Below are positions 48,315-57,248 of a DNA stretch of 64,000 nucleotides, piece after piece. Location: assembly GCA_963815215.1 (NCBI GenBank), contig CAWFFU010000008.1:224358-288357 (forward strand), written 5' to 3'. This DNA is from an uncultured Trueperaceae bacterium (GTDB lineage: Bacteria > Deinococcota > Deinococci > Deinococcales > Trueperaceae). Position numbers and translations under genes: made by a program. Within the stretch, counting starts at the first letter, position 1; each line of letters begins with the position of its first letter. Below the pieces are notes generated by a model that searched no databases, was not told the DNA's origin, and was given only the letters and a program-made list of their open reading frames with translations.

Positions 48315-49250
48315 CTACTGCGAGAGCACGTTCCGCGGGAAGAACTGGGCGCTGAGCTGGCGGTCGACGCTCTTCCGACCCTGCGTCGCGGTGCCGTCCA
48401 GGGTCACCTCGATGTACTTGAGCGACGCGAAGGTGTCGCCCGCCTGGGGGAAGTCCGTCCGGATGCTGGGGCCGTCGAGACCGGCCCGCACCTGGAAGTC
48501 GGTGACATCGGGGATGAGCTTCTGCGAGGCCGCCGTGTCACCGTTCAGCACGAACTCCAGATAGCCGTTCACCATCTGGTAGCGGCGCTCCTGCAGAAGG
48601 TACACCTGTGGCCTGTCGGCGGCGGCGTAGTTCCCCGCCCACGTGCCTGAGGCGCGGTGGATGTGGAAGTCCGAGCTGCTCTCCGCGTCGTAGGTGAAGA
48701 ACTCGCTGGCCTTGGTGATCGGGTCGACGATGAACGCCGGCACCGTGCCGTTGTTGGCCAGCCGGTAGGCGCGCCAGGCCCCGAGGTTGTCCGGCCAGTT
48801 GGGGTCCTTGGTGGAGGCGTCGACGGTGCAGTTCGGGTTCCCGGAGTTGTTGTCGGTAAGCGCGACGAAGACCGAGTCCGCGCTGCCCACCGCGATGTCC
48901 TTGCACACGGGCAGGACCACGTCCAGCATGTTGCGGCGGAGGACCAGCACGGTCCCGCCCTGGACCTCCACCGGCGGCAGGTAGGCGTCGGACTGGGCCG
49001 TCAGGCGCTCACCCGAGATCTGCACGTCGTCACCGATGATGCTGAGCCCGGTACGCAAGTTCTGGTTGAGCGAGGTGCGGGCCTGGTCCATGTTCATCAC
49101 GCGGCGGTTGGCGAACGTCACCGCGATGGCCGCGGCCAACACCAGGATGGCGACGGTGAGCGCCACCAGCAGCTCCACCAGGGACAGGCCGGCCGGGTTC
49201 ATGCCGGCCGCGGCCCGGCGGGGCCGTGGCGGGTCAGTTGAAGGCCGCAT
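48315..49250 (-). CDS. PilW-like minor pilin
   Basis: G|LSLVELLVAL prepilin motif and QNLR. Alternative start at 49202. Confidence 0.88.
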   Translation of the reverse strand: MRPSTDPPRPRRAAAGMNPAGLSLVELLVALTVAILVLAAAIAVTFANRRVMNMDQARTSLNQNLRTGLSIIGDDVQISGERLTAQSDAYLPPVEVQGGTVLVLRRNMLDVVLPVCKDIAVGSADSVFVALTDNNSGNPNCTVDASTKDPNWPDNLGAWRAYRLANNGTVPAFIVDPITKASEFFTYDAESSSDFHIHRASGTWAGNYAAADRPQVYLLQERRYQMVNGYLEFVLNGDTAASQKLIPDVTDFQVRAGLDGPSIRTDFPQAGDTFASLKYIEVTLDGTATQGRKSVDRQLSAQFFPRNVLSQ

Positions 49251-49629
49251 TGAGCCTCGTGTACACGGTCTGGACATCGTAGTAGACCTTCCCCTGGTAG
49301 CGGACCACCGCTTCGACGTGGCGCGTGTCACTGCTGCAATACGGCAGCGAGGCCGTGCAGTACAGGACCGTCACCTCGTAGGTCCGGTCGCCTCCGCTGG
49401 CGGTCAGCACCGTCCCACTGGCGCCCCAGGAGGCGATGGGCGTCTGACGGAGGTTGTCGAGGACGCTCTCGGCCGCGGCCACCGCCCCGCCCCGGACGTC
49501 ACTCTGGTTGTTCACCCGGAGGTAGCTCAGGAAGGCGGGGACGATGCCTGCCAGCACGACCGCCAGGATGGCCACTCCGAGGAGCGCTTCGATCAATGTG
49601 AAACCTCGCGCGCGGCTGCGTCGTGTCAT
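49234..49629 (-). CDS. PilV-like minor pilin
   Basis: RARG|FTLIEALL; 131 aa. Confidence 0.9.
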   Translation of the reverse strand: MTRRSRARGFTLIEALLGVAILAVVLAGIVPAFLSYLRVNNQSDVRGGAVAAAESVLDNLRQTPIASWGASGTVLTASGGDRTYEVTVLYCTASLPYCSSDTRHVEAVVRYQGKVYYDVQTVYTRLNAAFN

Positions 49630-50078
49630 CGGTGCACCTCCACCGCGCCGCCCACGAACACCTCGACCGAGGCGGTCGCACCCTTGGCGTCGGTCAGGGT
49701 GACGGTCGGATTGGAACTGGCGAGGCCGCGAGCGTCGAAACACACGATCACGCCGTTGGTGGCGGGAGCCGTCAGCTGCACCCCGTTGTCCAGGGTAGCG
49801 TCGAGTCTGGCATCATGGGTCCAACCGGTGCTGTCGCTGCAGGACACGGCGTACTCGGCGCGCAGCCCGGTGGCGCTGGCCCGCGAGACCCGATAGGCGG
49901 AAGTCGTGCTCATGGCCTTGGCGCGGAGTTGCTTGAAGGTTCCCTCGACCGAGGAGGCCGCGGCGCCCAGGGGATCGCCCAGTCCCCTCAGGCTCACCGC
50001 TCCGACCGCAAGGACGATGCCGACCACGGCCACGACGAGGATGATCTCGAGCAGCGTTAACGCTTGCGAACCGCGCAC
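49626..50078 (-). CDS. FimT/GspH-like minor pilin
   Basis: QA|LTLLEIIL, CFDARG and V.VFVGGAV. RBS GGAGGT. Confidence 0.88.
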   Translation of the reverse strand: MRGSQALTLLEIILVVAVVGIVLAVGAVSLRGLGDPLGAAASSVEGTFKQLRAKAMSTTSAYRVSRASATGLRAEYAVSCSDSTGWTHDARLDATLDNGVQLTAPATNGVIVCFDARGLASSNPTVTLTDAKGATASVEVFVGGAVEVHR

Positions 50079-50254
50079 CGCACGACCTCCCTTCCGGAAT
50101 CTCGATCGGTGAACAGCGCCGAGCTCTCACAGGTCCACGTATCCAATTTCGATTGTGCACCTTTTCAAGTACCGGAGGAACCCCCGAACGGGGGAGTACG
50201 CCACCCGCCGCCGCACCGGACGTCTCCCGATGTGCGAGTTCTTCGGACAACGAC

Positions 50255-50293
50255 GCCCTCGGGGAACGTACGTTCGACCAGGTAGCGTGGCAT
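50255..50293 (-). pseudogene. N-terminal remnant of a DUF4242-like gene
   Basis: Strong RBS (GGAAGGAG) followed by MPRYLVERTFPEG; similarity is then lost and the frame ends at 50165. Confidence 0.6.
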
Positions 50294-50338
50294 GCTCTCT
50301 CCTTCCGCGCCGGTGTCGTGGGTCGACGTCGGCGGCCT

Positions 50339-50419
50339 CGCGACGGCGCGGAGGAACGCCGTCTTGCCGACCCCGGCCTCCCCGCCCACCAGGACGGTCG
50401 CACCGCCACGCCCCGCGGC
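50339..50419 (-). pseudogene. Remnant of an AAA-ATPase (LuxR/MalT-type regulator) Walker A segment
   Basis: AAGRGGATVLVGGEAGVGKTAFLRAVA, with no proper start and no downstream domain. Confidence 0.65.
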
Positions 50420-51025
50420 CTAGCCTCCGGCCAGGCGCCGCCGGTTGCGCAGCACGTAGCCGACGATCGCCAGGTGGAGGGCGAGCGCGACGCCGAGCCC
50501 GAGCAGGTGGTAGGGCACCCCGGCACGCCCGGTAGCGGTGACCAGCCAGGCGCCGAGCCCGCCCAGGGGAAGGAACAGCACGATGGCCGTCACCAGACCG
50601 GGGTTGTAGCGGCGCGTGACCAACGCCGGCGCGAGATGGACCAGTGCGTTCACCAGCACGGCGTAGATGCCGATGAGGCCGAAGCCGATGCCCACGGTGG
50701 CCGCCAGCCAGATCGACACCGTGTTCAGGAGCCACACCCCAGCCATGTTGATGACGAACACCGCACGCGACGGGAGGACGTCCCGGTCGCGGCCGATCGC
50801 ATGGTTGACATAGCGACGGAAACGGTCGTCGTCGTGCTCCTCGTACTGGTGGAGCATGTAGATGGGGAGCTGCAGCACCACGAAGACGAACGCGGTCGAC
50901 AGGCCCGCGGTGAAGACGGGGAGCAAGAGCAACAGCAGGAACCCGGCCAGGACGCCTCCGTAGACCCAGCCGTGCGTCAGTCTCTCGAAGGCGTTCAGCG
51001 CGGGTGCAGGCGTAGGTCGGTCCAT
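50420..51025 (-). CDS. HXXEE domain membrane protein
   Basis: Motifs LHQYEEH, NALVH and YNPGLVTA. TAGAAT lies 7 nt before the ATG. Confidence 0.9.
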   Translation of the reverse strand: MDRPTPAPALNAFERLTHGWVYGGVLAGFLLLLLLPVFTAGLSTAFVFVVLQLPIYMLHQYEEHDDDRFRRYVNHAIGRDRDVLPSRAVFVINMAGVWLLNTVSIWLAATVGIGFGLIGIYAVLVNALVHLAPALVTRRYNPGLVTAIVLFLPLGGLGAWLVTATGRAGVPYHLLGLGVALALHLAIVGYVLRNRRRLAGG

Positions 51026-51074
51026 ACGGCGGATTCTAGCCCTTCACGGCGATGCGCCCGGGCCGGCCACACCC

Positions 51075-52514
51075 TCACGCCTGTCGACCCAGCCTCACCA
51101 TCACCTCGAGGCAGCGCTCCACATCCGCGTCGGTCGTGGCCCACGAGGAGACCGAGATGCGCATGGCGGTGCGCCCCTGCCACTGGGTGACGCCGCACCA
51201 GCAGGTGCCGTCCTCCTGCAACGCCCGGATGACCGCGCGGGTGCGCTCGGGCGCGCCGAAGGAGACGAGCACCTGATTGAGGACCACCTCGTTGAGGACC
51301 TCGAAGCCGGCCCCCTCGAGACCTTCGGCGAAACGCCGGGCGTGCCGGCACCCGCGCTCGACCATCGCGCGCAGGCCCGACCGGCCCAGGCGCTTGAGCG
51401 CCGCCCACACCTCCACGCCGCGGGCGCGGCGCGACAGCTCGGGCGTGAAGTCCGACGGGTCGCGCGCGCCGGCCTCCGGCAAGTAGGCGGCCGTGACCGC
51501 CATCGCCGCCTGCAGCGCCGCGGGATCCCGCACCAGCGCGATGCCGGAGTCGTAGGGCACGTTCAGCCACTTGTGGAAGTCGGTCGCCCAGGAGTCGGCG
51601 TGCTCGAGCCCGGACGCGAGCCCCCGCAACGCCGGGCTGACGCGCGCCCACAGCCCGAAGGCGCCGTCCACGTGCACCCAGGCGCCGGCCTCGTGGGCGC
51701 GTGGGATGATCTCGTCGAAGGGGTCGAAGGCGCCGGTGTTGAGGTTGCCGGCCTGCAGGATGACGATGGCCGGGCCCTCGAGGTCGGGGAGCCGGTCGGC
51801 GCGGAACCGCCCCTGCTCGTCCGCCTCCACCACCTCCACGCGGTCCTTGCCCAAGCCCAGCAACCCGAGCGACTTGCGCACGGTGGGGTGCATCTCGCCG
51901 CCCACTACCACCCGGATCGGCGGCGCGCCGAAGAGGCCGTCGGCCTCGACGTCCCAGCCGGCACGCTCGAGCACCGCGTGGCGCGCGGCCGCCAGCGCCG
52001 TGGCGTTGGCGACGGTGGCACCGGTCACGAAGCCGGCGCCGGTGCCGGGGGGCAGCGCGAAGAGCTCGCGCAGCCAGTCCAGCGCCACCGCCTCGAGCGT
52101 GGCGGTGCCCGGCGCGACGTGGTGGTAGCAGCTGTTCTGGTCCCACGCCGTCGCCAGCGTGTTCGCCGCCAGCGTCACCGGAAGAGCGCCGCCGATCACG
52201 AAGCCGAAGAAGCGACGACCGGCGACGCCGAGCGTCGCCGGGGACCCCACCTCGTCGAGCAGCGCGAGCACCTCGGCGGGGTCGGTGCTCTGCTCGCCCA
52301 GGGGCTCGTGCAGGCGCTCGACGCCGGCCACGGCCGCCGCGGACGGCTGGACGCCGCGCGCGTCCAGAGCGTCGAGGTAGCCCGCCGCGCGCGTCGCTGC
52401 GTCGTGCAAGAGCGCCGCCATCGCGGCGGCGTCGAGATCTTCGGCCTGCACGTCCGGCGCGGACGGCGGCCGGCCGGTGTCGACCGGCCGGGATCCGTTC
52501 TCTGGATCTTCCAT
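51075..52514 (-). CDS. Group II PLP-dependent (aromatic amino acid-type) decarboxylase
   Basis: Motifs FFGFVIGG, WDQN, HVDGAFG, ATDFHKWLNVPY (PLP lysine) and SRRARG. Confidence 0.93.
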   Translation of the reverse strand: MEDPENGSRPVDTGRPPSAPDVQAEDLDAAAMAALLHDAATRAAGYLDALDARGVQPSAAAVAGVERLHEPLGEQSTDPAEVLALLDEVGSPATLGVAGRRFFGFVIGGALPVTLAANTLATAWDQNSCYHHVAPGTATLEAVALDWLRELFALPPGTGAGFVTGATVANATALAAARHAVLERAGWDVEADGLFGAPPIRVVVGGEMHPTVRKSLGLLGLGKDRVEVVEADEQGRFRADRLPDLEGPAIVILQAGNLNTGAFDPFDEIIPRAHEAGAWVHVDGAFGLWARVSPALRGLASGLEHADSWATDFHKWLNVPYDSGIALVRDPAALQAAMAVTAAYLPEAGARDPSDFTPELSRRARGVEVWAALKRLGRSGLRAMVERGCRHARRFAEGLEGAGFEVLNEVVLNQVLVSFGAPERTRAVIRALQEDGTCWCGVTQWQGRTAMRISVSSWATTDADVERCLEVMVRLGRQA

Positions 52515-52694
52515 GTTCGCTCCTCTTCCTCGGCGCGGACGCGCGCCGACACGAAGCGGACGCCGCTGGAGCGGCGGCCGCAGGAACGCGGGGCGGCGGG
52601 GTCGTGGCCACGCGGTCGGTCGGCAACGCGGATCATCGGCAACAGGGTTGGGAGCGACGGGGCGGGAACAACGGGGTCGGGAGCGCCCGCCCGT

Positions 52695-53018
52695 TCAGGC
52701 CAGGTACGCCTCGCGAAGCGGAGAGAAGATCTCGATGACCTCGCTGTCCTCCAGCGCCTCCACGGCGTGCTCGACGCCGCCCGGGACGCACCAGCTGTCG
52801 CCCGGTCCGACGACGGACGTCTCTCCGGCGATGGTGAAACGCCCCTTCCCACGGACCACGAAGCCCGTCTGCTCGTGCGGATGGCTGTGGGCAGGCAGCC
52901 GGCTCCCCGCCGCCAGCTTGAACCTGAGCATCATGGTCTTCTCGCCCTGAACGAGGTTCTTCATCACGATGCCTTCGGCAGCCTGACGATACCCGTCTTC
53001 GCTATGGATGCTGACCAT
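52695..53018 (-). CDS. Cupin domain protein
   Basis: HSHPHEQ...GDSWCVPGGVEH...IFSP.R. Confidence 0.92.
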   Translation of the reverse strand: MVSIHSEDGYRQAAEGIVMKNLVQGEKTMMLRFKLAAGSRLPAHSHPHEQTGFVVRGKGRFTIAGETSVVGPGDSWCVPGGVEHAVEALEDSEVIEIFSPLREAYLA

Positions 53019-53111
53019 GGACGAGCATAGACGAATTCGAGCGCTCGTTCGCCGCTCCTTCAAACCGGGCCCGGCGCGGTAGCAGCGCGCCTGGCCCGGC
53101 CCAGCGGAGAC

Positions 53112-53699
53112 CTACTTGGCTTCGATCAAGCGGATGGTGGTGCGGTCGCCCTTGTCCCCGTACTGGCTGGAACACGGGAACGGCAGATCCTCCGCCAGCG
53201 CCATCTCGATCGGCGCGCTGCCGTCGTCCATCTCGAGCCGCAGCACCACGCACGTGTGGCCGGCGATCGTCTCGCTCTTGTCCATGTAGATGCTGCCCAT
53301 GCCGGCCACCCGCACCGGCTCGCTGCGCACGTGGATGTCCTCCTTGCCGAGCAGCATCGGCAGCATCATGAAGGCCGGACCGTAGAACACCATCATCGGC
53401 CCGAGGGCCAGGGCGCCCACCATCGGGCCGCCCAGGGCGGCGGTGGCAAGGTCGTCGTGGGAGACCCCGGTCTGCGTCACTTTCGTGGTGGTGGCGGTGT
53501 CGTAGCTGTCGCCCTTCTGGGTGATGTCGACGGTGATGGTGGCCGATTGCGGGCCGTCACCGCTGTCGACCGTCATCTCCCAGGTGTAGCTGTGGTTGCC
53601 GGTGGGGAAGGCGTCCGGACTCCACTGGAACGCCAGGGCGGATCCGGTGGCGAGAAGCGCCACCGCGCTCAGGATGCGGATGGTTCGGCGCATACGCAT
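53112..53699 (-). CDS. Secreted hypothetical protein
   Basis: RBS GAGGAGG, a signal peptide ending ALA, a beta-rich body and a Cys pair. Confidence 0.8.
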   Translation of the reverse strand: MRMRRTIRILSAVALLATGSALAFQWSPDAFPTGNHSYTWEMTVDSGDGPQSATITVDITQKGDSYDTATTTKVTQTGVSHDDLATAALGGPMVGALALGPMMVFYGPAFMMLPMLLGKEDIHVRSEPVRVAGMGSIYMDKSETIAGHTCVVLRLEMDDGSAPIEMALAEDLPFPCSSQYGDKGDRTTIRLIEAK

Positions 53700-53807
53700 G
53701 CCCCTCCTCAAGGACGCATCCAGCCTAGCGCGCCCAGCGGAAGCGAGCGCGGCGGGCCGCACAGTCGCGACCCGAGCGACCGAGCCGTTCATCTTCTTCC
53801 GCGGTCG

Positions 53808-53860
53808 TTGACAACTATGCGGTGGCGTACTATCATCCAAACCAATATCACTATGTGATA
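53808..53860 (+). promoter_or_regulatory. Promoter TTGACA-N17-TATCAT with downstream palindromic operator TATCAC-TAT-GTGATA (53846-53860)
   Basis: Consensus promoter. A 15-bp palindrome just after the predicted start site, upstream of the IclR gene. Confidence 0.75.
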
Positions 53861-53889
53861 CGCCCGGGGGCGATCGGGAGCGGTAGCGG

Positions 53890-54663
53890 GTGACAGACCA
53901 GTACGTGATCAACTCGGCCTACCGGACGCTGCAGGTGTTGCTGGCGTTCGCCGCTCCGCCGCATCGCTACAACCTGCCGGAGCTGATGGCCTCCATGGAC
54001 GTCGAGAAGGGACAGCTCTACCGTTCCCTGAAGACGCTGGAGAAGGCCGGCTTCGTGCGTGTCGACGGCGATAGCCGCTTCGCGTTGACGCCCGTGGTCA
54101 ACGTGCTGAGCGCCGCCTTCGCCGGCAGCCGGCACGCCTCGCTGGTGGAGATCGCCGGTCCCTTCCTCGACGAGCTGGCCCGAGAGACCGGAGAGTCGGT
54201 CAACCTCTTCGTGCTGGCCGCCGACCGCGCCGTGTGCGTGGACAGCCGCGAGAGCCGGCAGCTGGTCCGGCTGACCTCGCCGCTGGGCATCTCCGCGCCG
54301 CTCCACGCCGGCGCCGTTCCCAAGGCGATGCTCGCGCACCTGCCCACCTCGATGTGGGACCGGGTGCTGGCCCAACTCGACGACCTCCCCCGCTACACCG
54401 ACGCCACCGAGCTCGACCCGGAGCGACTCCGCGCCGAGCTCGCGACCATCCGCCAACGTGGCTACTCCGTCAGCGACGAGGATTACGACGCCTCGGCGCG
54501 CGGCGTGGGTGCCGCCATCTTGGACGCTTCCTCCCAGGTGGTGGGAGGCGTCAGCGTCGGCGGGCCGTCGTTCCGGGTGGACGACGCGACCCTCGACCGA
54601 TTCGGAGCGCTCATCACACGGGTGGCTCGAGCGATGTCGAAGACGCTCGGCTACGCGAGTTGA
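53890..54663 (+). CDS. IclR family transcriptional regulator
   Basis: N-terminal HTH (LYRSLKTLEKAGFV), ETGESVNL, PLHAGAVPKA and IRQRGYS. Confidence 0.95.
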   Translation: MTDQYVINSAYRTLQVLLAFAAPPHRYNLPELMASMDVEKGQLYRSLKTLEKAGFVRVDGDSRFALTPVVNVLSAAFAGSRHASLVEIAGPFLDELARETGESVNLFVLAADRAVCVDSRESRQLVRLTSPLGISAPLHAGAVPKAMLAHLPTSMWDRVLAQLDDLPRYTDATELDPERLRAELATIRQRGYSVSDEDYDASARGVGAAILDASSQVVGGVSVGGPSFRVDDATLDRFGALITRVARAMSKTLGYAS

Positions 54664-54681
54664 GACGAGGAGGAGTAGTCC

Positions 54682-56286
54682 ATGCCTAGGAAGACCGGCC
54701 CCCGCTTCACGACCCGCCTTCTGGCCCTGCTGGCCGCCGTCGCGATCCTCACGATCGCCACGGCCCAGACGCCGAACTACGACCCCAACGGCAGCCTGAC
54801 GTTCGTGACCAACGCCGATCCCACGCTCAACCCGTGGACGCCCGGCGCCGTCATCGAGTCGAATCTGGTCAACACCATCCTGTTCGACCAGCTCACGCGC
54901 TACTCGACCAAGGATCTGACGCCCTCCCCCGACCTGGCGACGAGTTGGGAAGCCGCGCCGGACGCCCTGTCCTGGACCTTCCACCTGCGCCAGGGCGTGA
55001 AGTGGTCGGACGGGAAGCCCTTCGGTGCGGCCGACGTGGCGTTCACCTTCAACAAGGTGATCCTGAACAAGGCGCTCGGCGCCAACAACTCCAGCGTCTT
55101 CTCGCCCGTCGATCACGTCGAGGTCGTCGACCCGAACACCGTGCGCTTCGTGCTCAAGAGCCCGTTCTCGTCGCTGCCGTACTACCTGGCGTACTTCGCG
55201 GGCATGCTGCCGGCGCACGTGCTCGAGAGCGCCCCCAACCCGCTGCAGGTCGCCAGCTTCAACAAGTCCAACCCGGTGGTGACGGGCCCGTTCAAGGTCG
55301 CCGAGTTCGTGCCGGGGTCCTACGTGCGGCTCGAGCCCAACCCCGACTACTGGGGCCCGGCGCCGAAGGTCAAGACCATCGTCTTCAAGGTAGTGGCGGA
55401 CCCCAACACGCAGCTCGCGCAGCTCCTGGCCGGTGACGTCGACATGGTGACGGTCACCAACCCGACGCTGCTCGCCGGCGTCGAGCGCAACCCCAACCTC
55501 GAGGTCCTGCGCCAGAGCCAGAACATCTGGTACTGGGTGGCGCTCAACCAGAACGACCCGCGCTTGACCGACGTGCGCGTGCGGCAGGCGCTGCTCACCG
55601 CCATCGACCGCCAGGCGATCATCGACTCCGTGCTGAAGGGCTACGGCACCGTCGCCACCGGCCCCATCGCGCCGCTCCAGAAGGCCTTCTACGACGGCAG
55701 CGTGCCCTCCTACCCCTACGACCCCGCGCGCGCCAAGCAGCTCATGGCCGACGCCGGCTGGACGCCGGGCCCCGACGGCATCCTGCAGAAGGACGGCAAG
55801 AAGCTCACCATCACCGTCCCCACCGGGCAGTTCGGCTACCTCGTCAACGCCACCCTGCTGGTCCAGCAGTACTGGAAGGCGATCGGCGTCGACGTCAAGC
55901 TCAACGTCATGGAGTGGAACGCCTACATCCAGGACGTGGTGGTGAAGCGCAACTACCAGGCCACGCTGGCATGGTGGAGCACCCCGCCCACCCCCGACAT
56001 CACCCCCTACTTCAGCACCGCCGCGGCCGAGAAGGGGAACAACATCCCCAACTACAAGAACGCCGAGCTCGACGCCCTGATGGCCAAGGCGCGCGCGGCC
56101 ACCAACGTCGACGACGAGGTGACGGTCGTCAAGGCCATCGAGGCGAACGTGGCCCAGAACCTCCCCTACCTGTTCCTCTGGTACCCCGACATCATCACCG
56201 TGCTGAACAAGAAGGTGGGCGGCATGGCGACGATCAACACGCCGACCGCCTTCCAGTACTCCGCCGACTGGTACGTCAAGCGCTAG
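54682..56286 (+). CDS. Family 5 ABC substrate-binding protein
   Basis: Signal peptide, PDLATSW, LRQGVKWSDG, TGPF and DVRVRQAL. Confidence 0.95.
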   Translation: MPRKTGPRFTTRLLALLAAVAILTIATAQTPNYDPNGSLTFVTNADPTLNPWTPGAVIESNLVNTILFDQLTRYSTKDLTPSPDLATSWEAAPDALSWTFHLRQGVKWSDGKPFGAADVAFTFNKVILNKALGANNSSVFSPVDHVEVVDPNTVRFVLKSPFSSLPYYLAYFAGMLPAHVLESAPNPLQVASFNKSNPVVTGPFKVAEFVPGSYVRLEPNPDYWGPAPKVKTIVFKVVADPNTQLAQLLAGDVDMVTVTNPTLLAGVERNPNLEVLRQSQNIWYWVALNQNDPRLTDVRVRQALLTAIDRQAIIDSVLKGYGTVATGPIAPLQKAFYDGSVPSYPYDPARAKQLMADAGWTPGPDGILQKDGKKLTITVPTGQFGYLVNATLLVQQYWKAIGVDVKLNVMEWNAYIQDVVVKRNYQATLAWWSTPPTPDITPYFSTAAAEKGNNIPNYKNAELDALMAKARAATNVDDEVTVVKAIEANVAQNLPYLFLWYPDIITVLNKKVGGMATINTPTAFQYSADWYVKR

Positions 56287-56300
56287 AGAGGATCTAGAAG

Positions 56301-57248
56301 GTGACCGCGTACATCATCCGTCGACTCATGCAGGGCGTCGTGGTCCTGTTCCTGATCTCCGCGGTCACCTTCTTCCTGATCAACCTCGCCCCCGGCGGGC
56401 CCTCCTCGGCGGTGAGCTTCCAGAGCACCGCCTCGGAGCGCGAGGCCGTGCTCAAGCAGTACGGCCTCGACAAGCCCGTCATGGTCCGCTACGTCGACTG
56501 GCTGAGCCAGGCCGTGCGCGGCAACCTCGGCACCTCGCTCAACCAGGGCCTGCCGGTGGCGCGGCTGCTGGCCCAGCGGGCGGGCGCCACGCTCGAGCTG
56601 GGGCTCTCCGCGCTGTTCCTGGCGACCCTCGGCGGCGTGTTGCTGGGCATCGTGGCGGCCGGCTTCCGGAACCGCTGGCCCGACCACGTCGTCAGTGCGC
56701 TGTCCGCCCTGGGCATGGCCATCCCCGGCTTCTGGCTCGGCATCGTGGTGATCATCGTGTTCGCGGTGCATCTCGGCTGGCTCCCGACGTCGGGCGTGTT
56801 CTCGGTGGGCAAGCAGTTCTCGCTGGCCGACCGGCTGCGCCACCTGGCGCTCCCCGCCGGCGTGCTGGCCTTCACCTTGATGCCCAACATCGTGCGGGTG
56901 ACGCGCTCCGCGCTCTTGGAGGTGACCCACTCCGACTACGTGCGCACCGCCCACGCCAAGGGACTGCTGCCGCGCGTGGTGCTGCTCAAGCACACCTTCA
57001 AGAACGCTCTGGTGCCGGTGCTGGCCATCCTCGGCCTGGTGACCACGGTGCTGTTCTCGGGCTCCGTGGTGATCGAGAGCGTGTTCGGTTGGGCCGGCCT
57101 GGGACGCCTGGCGATCGAGGCCGCCAACGGCCGCGACTACCCGGTCATCCTGGGCGTGACGCTGCTCGCCGGGGCCTTCGTGGTCATGGTCAACCTGCTG
57201 GTCGACCTGCTCTACGCCGCGGTCGATCCGAGGATCCGCCATGGCTGA
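56301..57248 (+). CDS. DppB/OppB-like ABC permease
   Basis: Motifs GLDKP, GNLGTS, DYVRTAHAKGL and VDPRIR. Confidence 0.93.
   Translation: MTAYIIRRLMQGVVVLFLISAVTFFLINLAPGGPSSAVSFQSTASEREAVLKQYGLDKPVMVRYVDWLSQAVRGNLGTSLNQGLPVARLLAQRAGATLELGLSALFLATLGGVLLGIVAAGFRNRWPDHVVSALSALGMAIPGFWLGIVVIIVFAVHLGWLPTSGVFSVGKQFSLADRLRHLALPAGVLAFTLMPNIVRVTRSALLEVTHSDYVRTAHAKGLLPRVVLLKHTFKNALVPVLAILGLVTTVLFSGSVVIESVFGWAGLGRLAIEAANGRDYPVILGVTLLAGAFVVMVNLLVDLLYAAVDPRIRHG

Noticed and set aside
50191..50201. 11-mer GGGGAGTACGC shared with the inverted repeat at 32563-32573
   Set aside because: Only a half-site. Shared 11-mers are expected by chance in 64 kb of GC-rich DNA.
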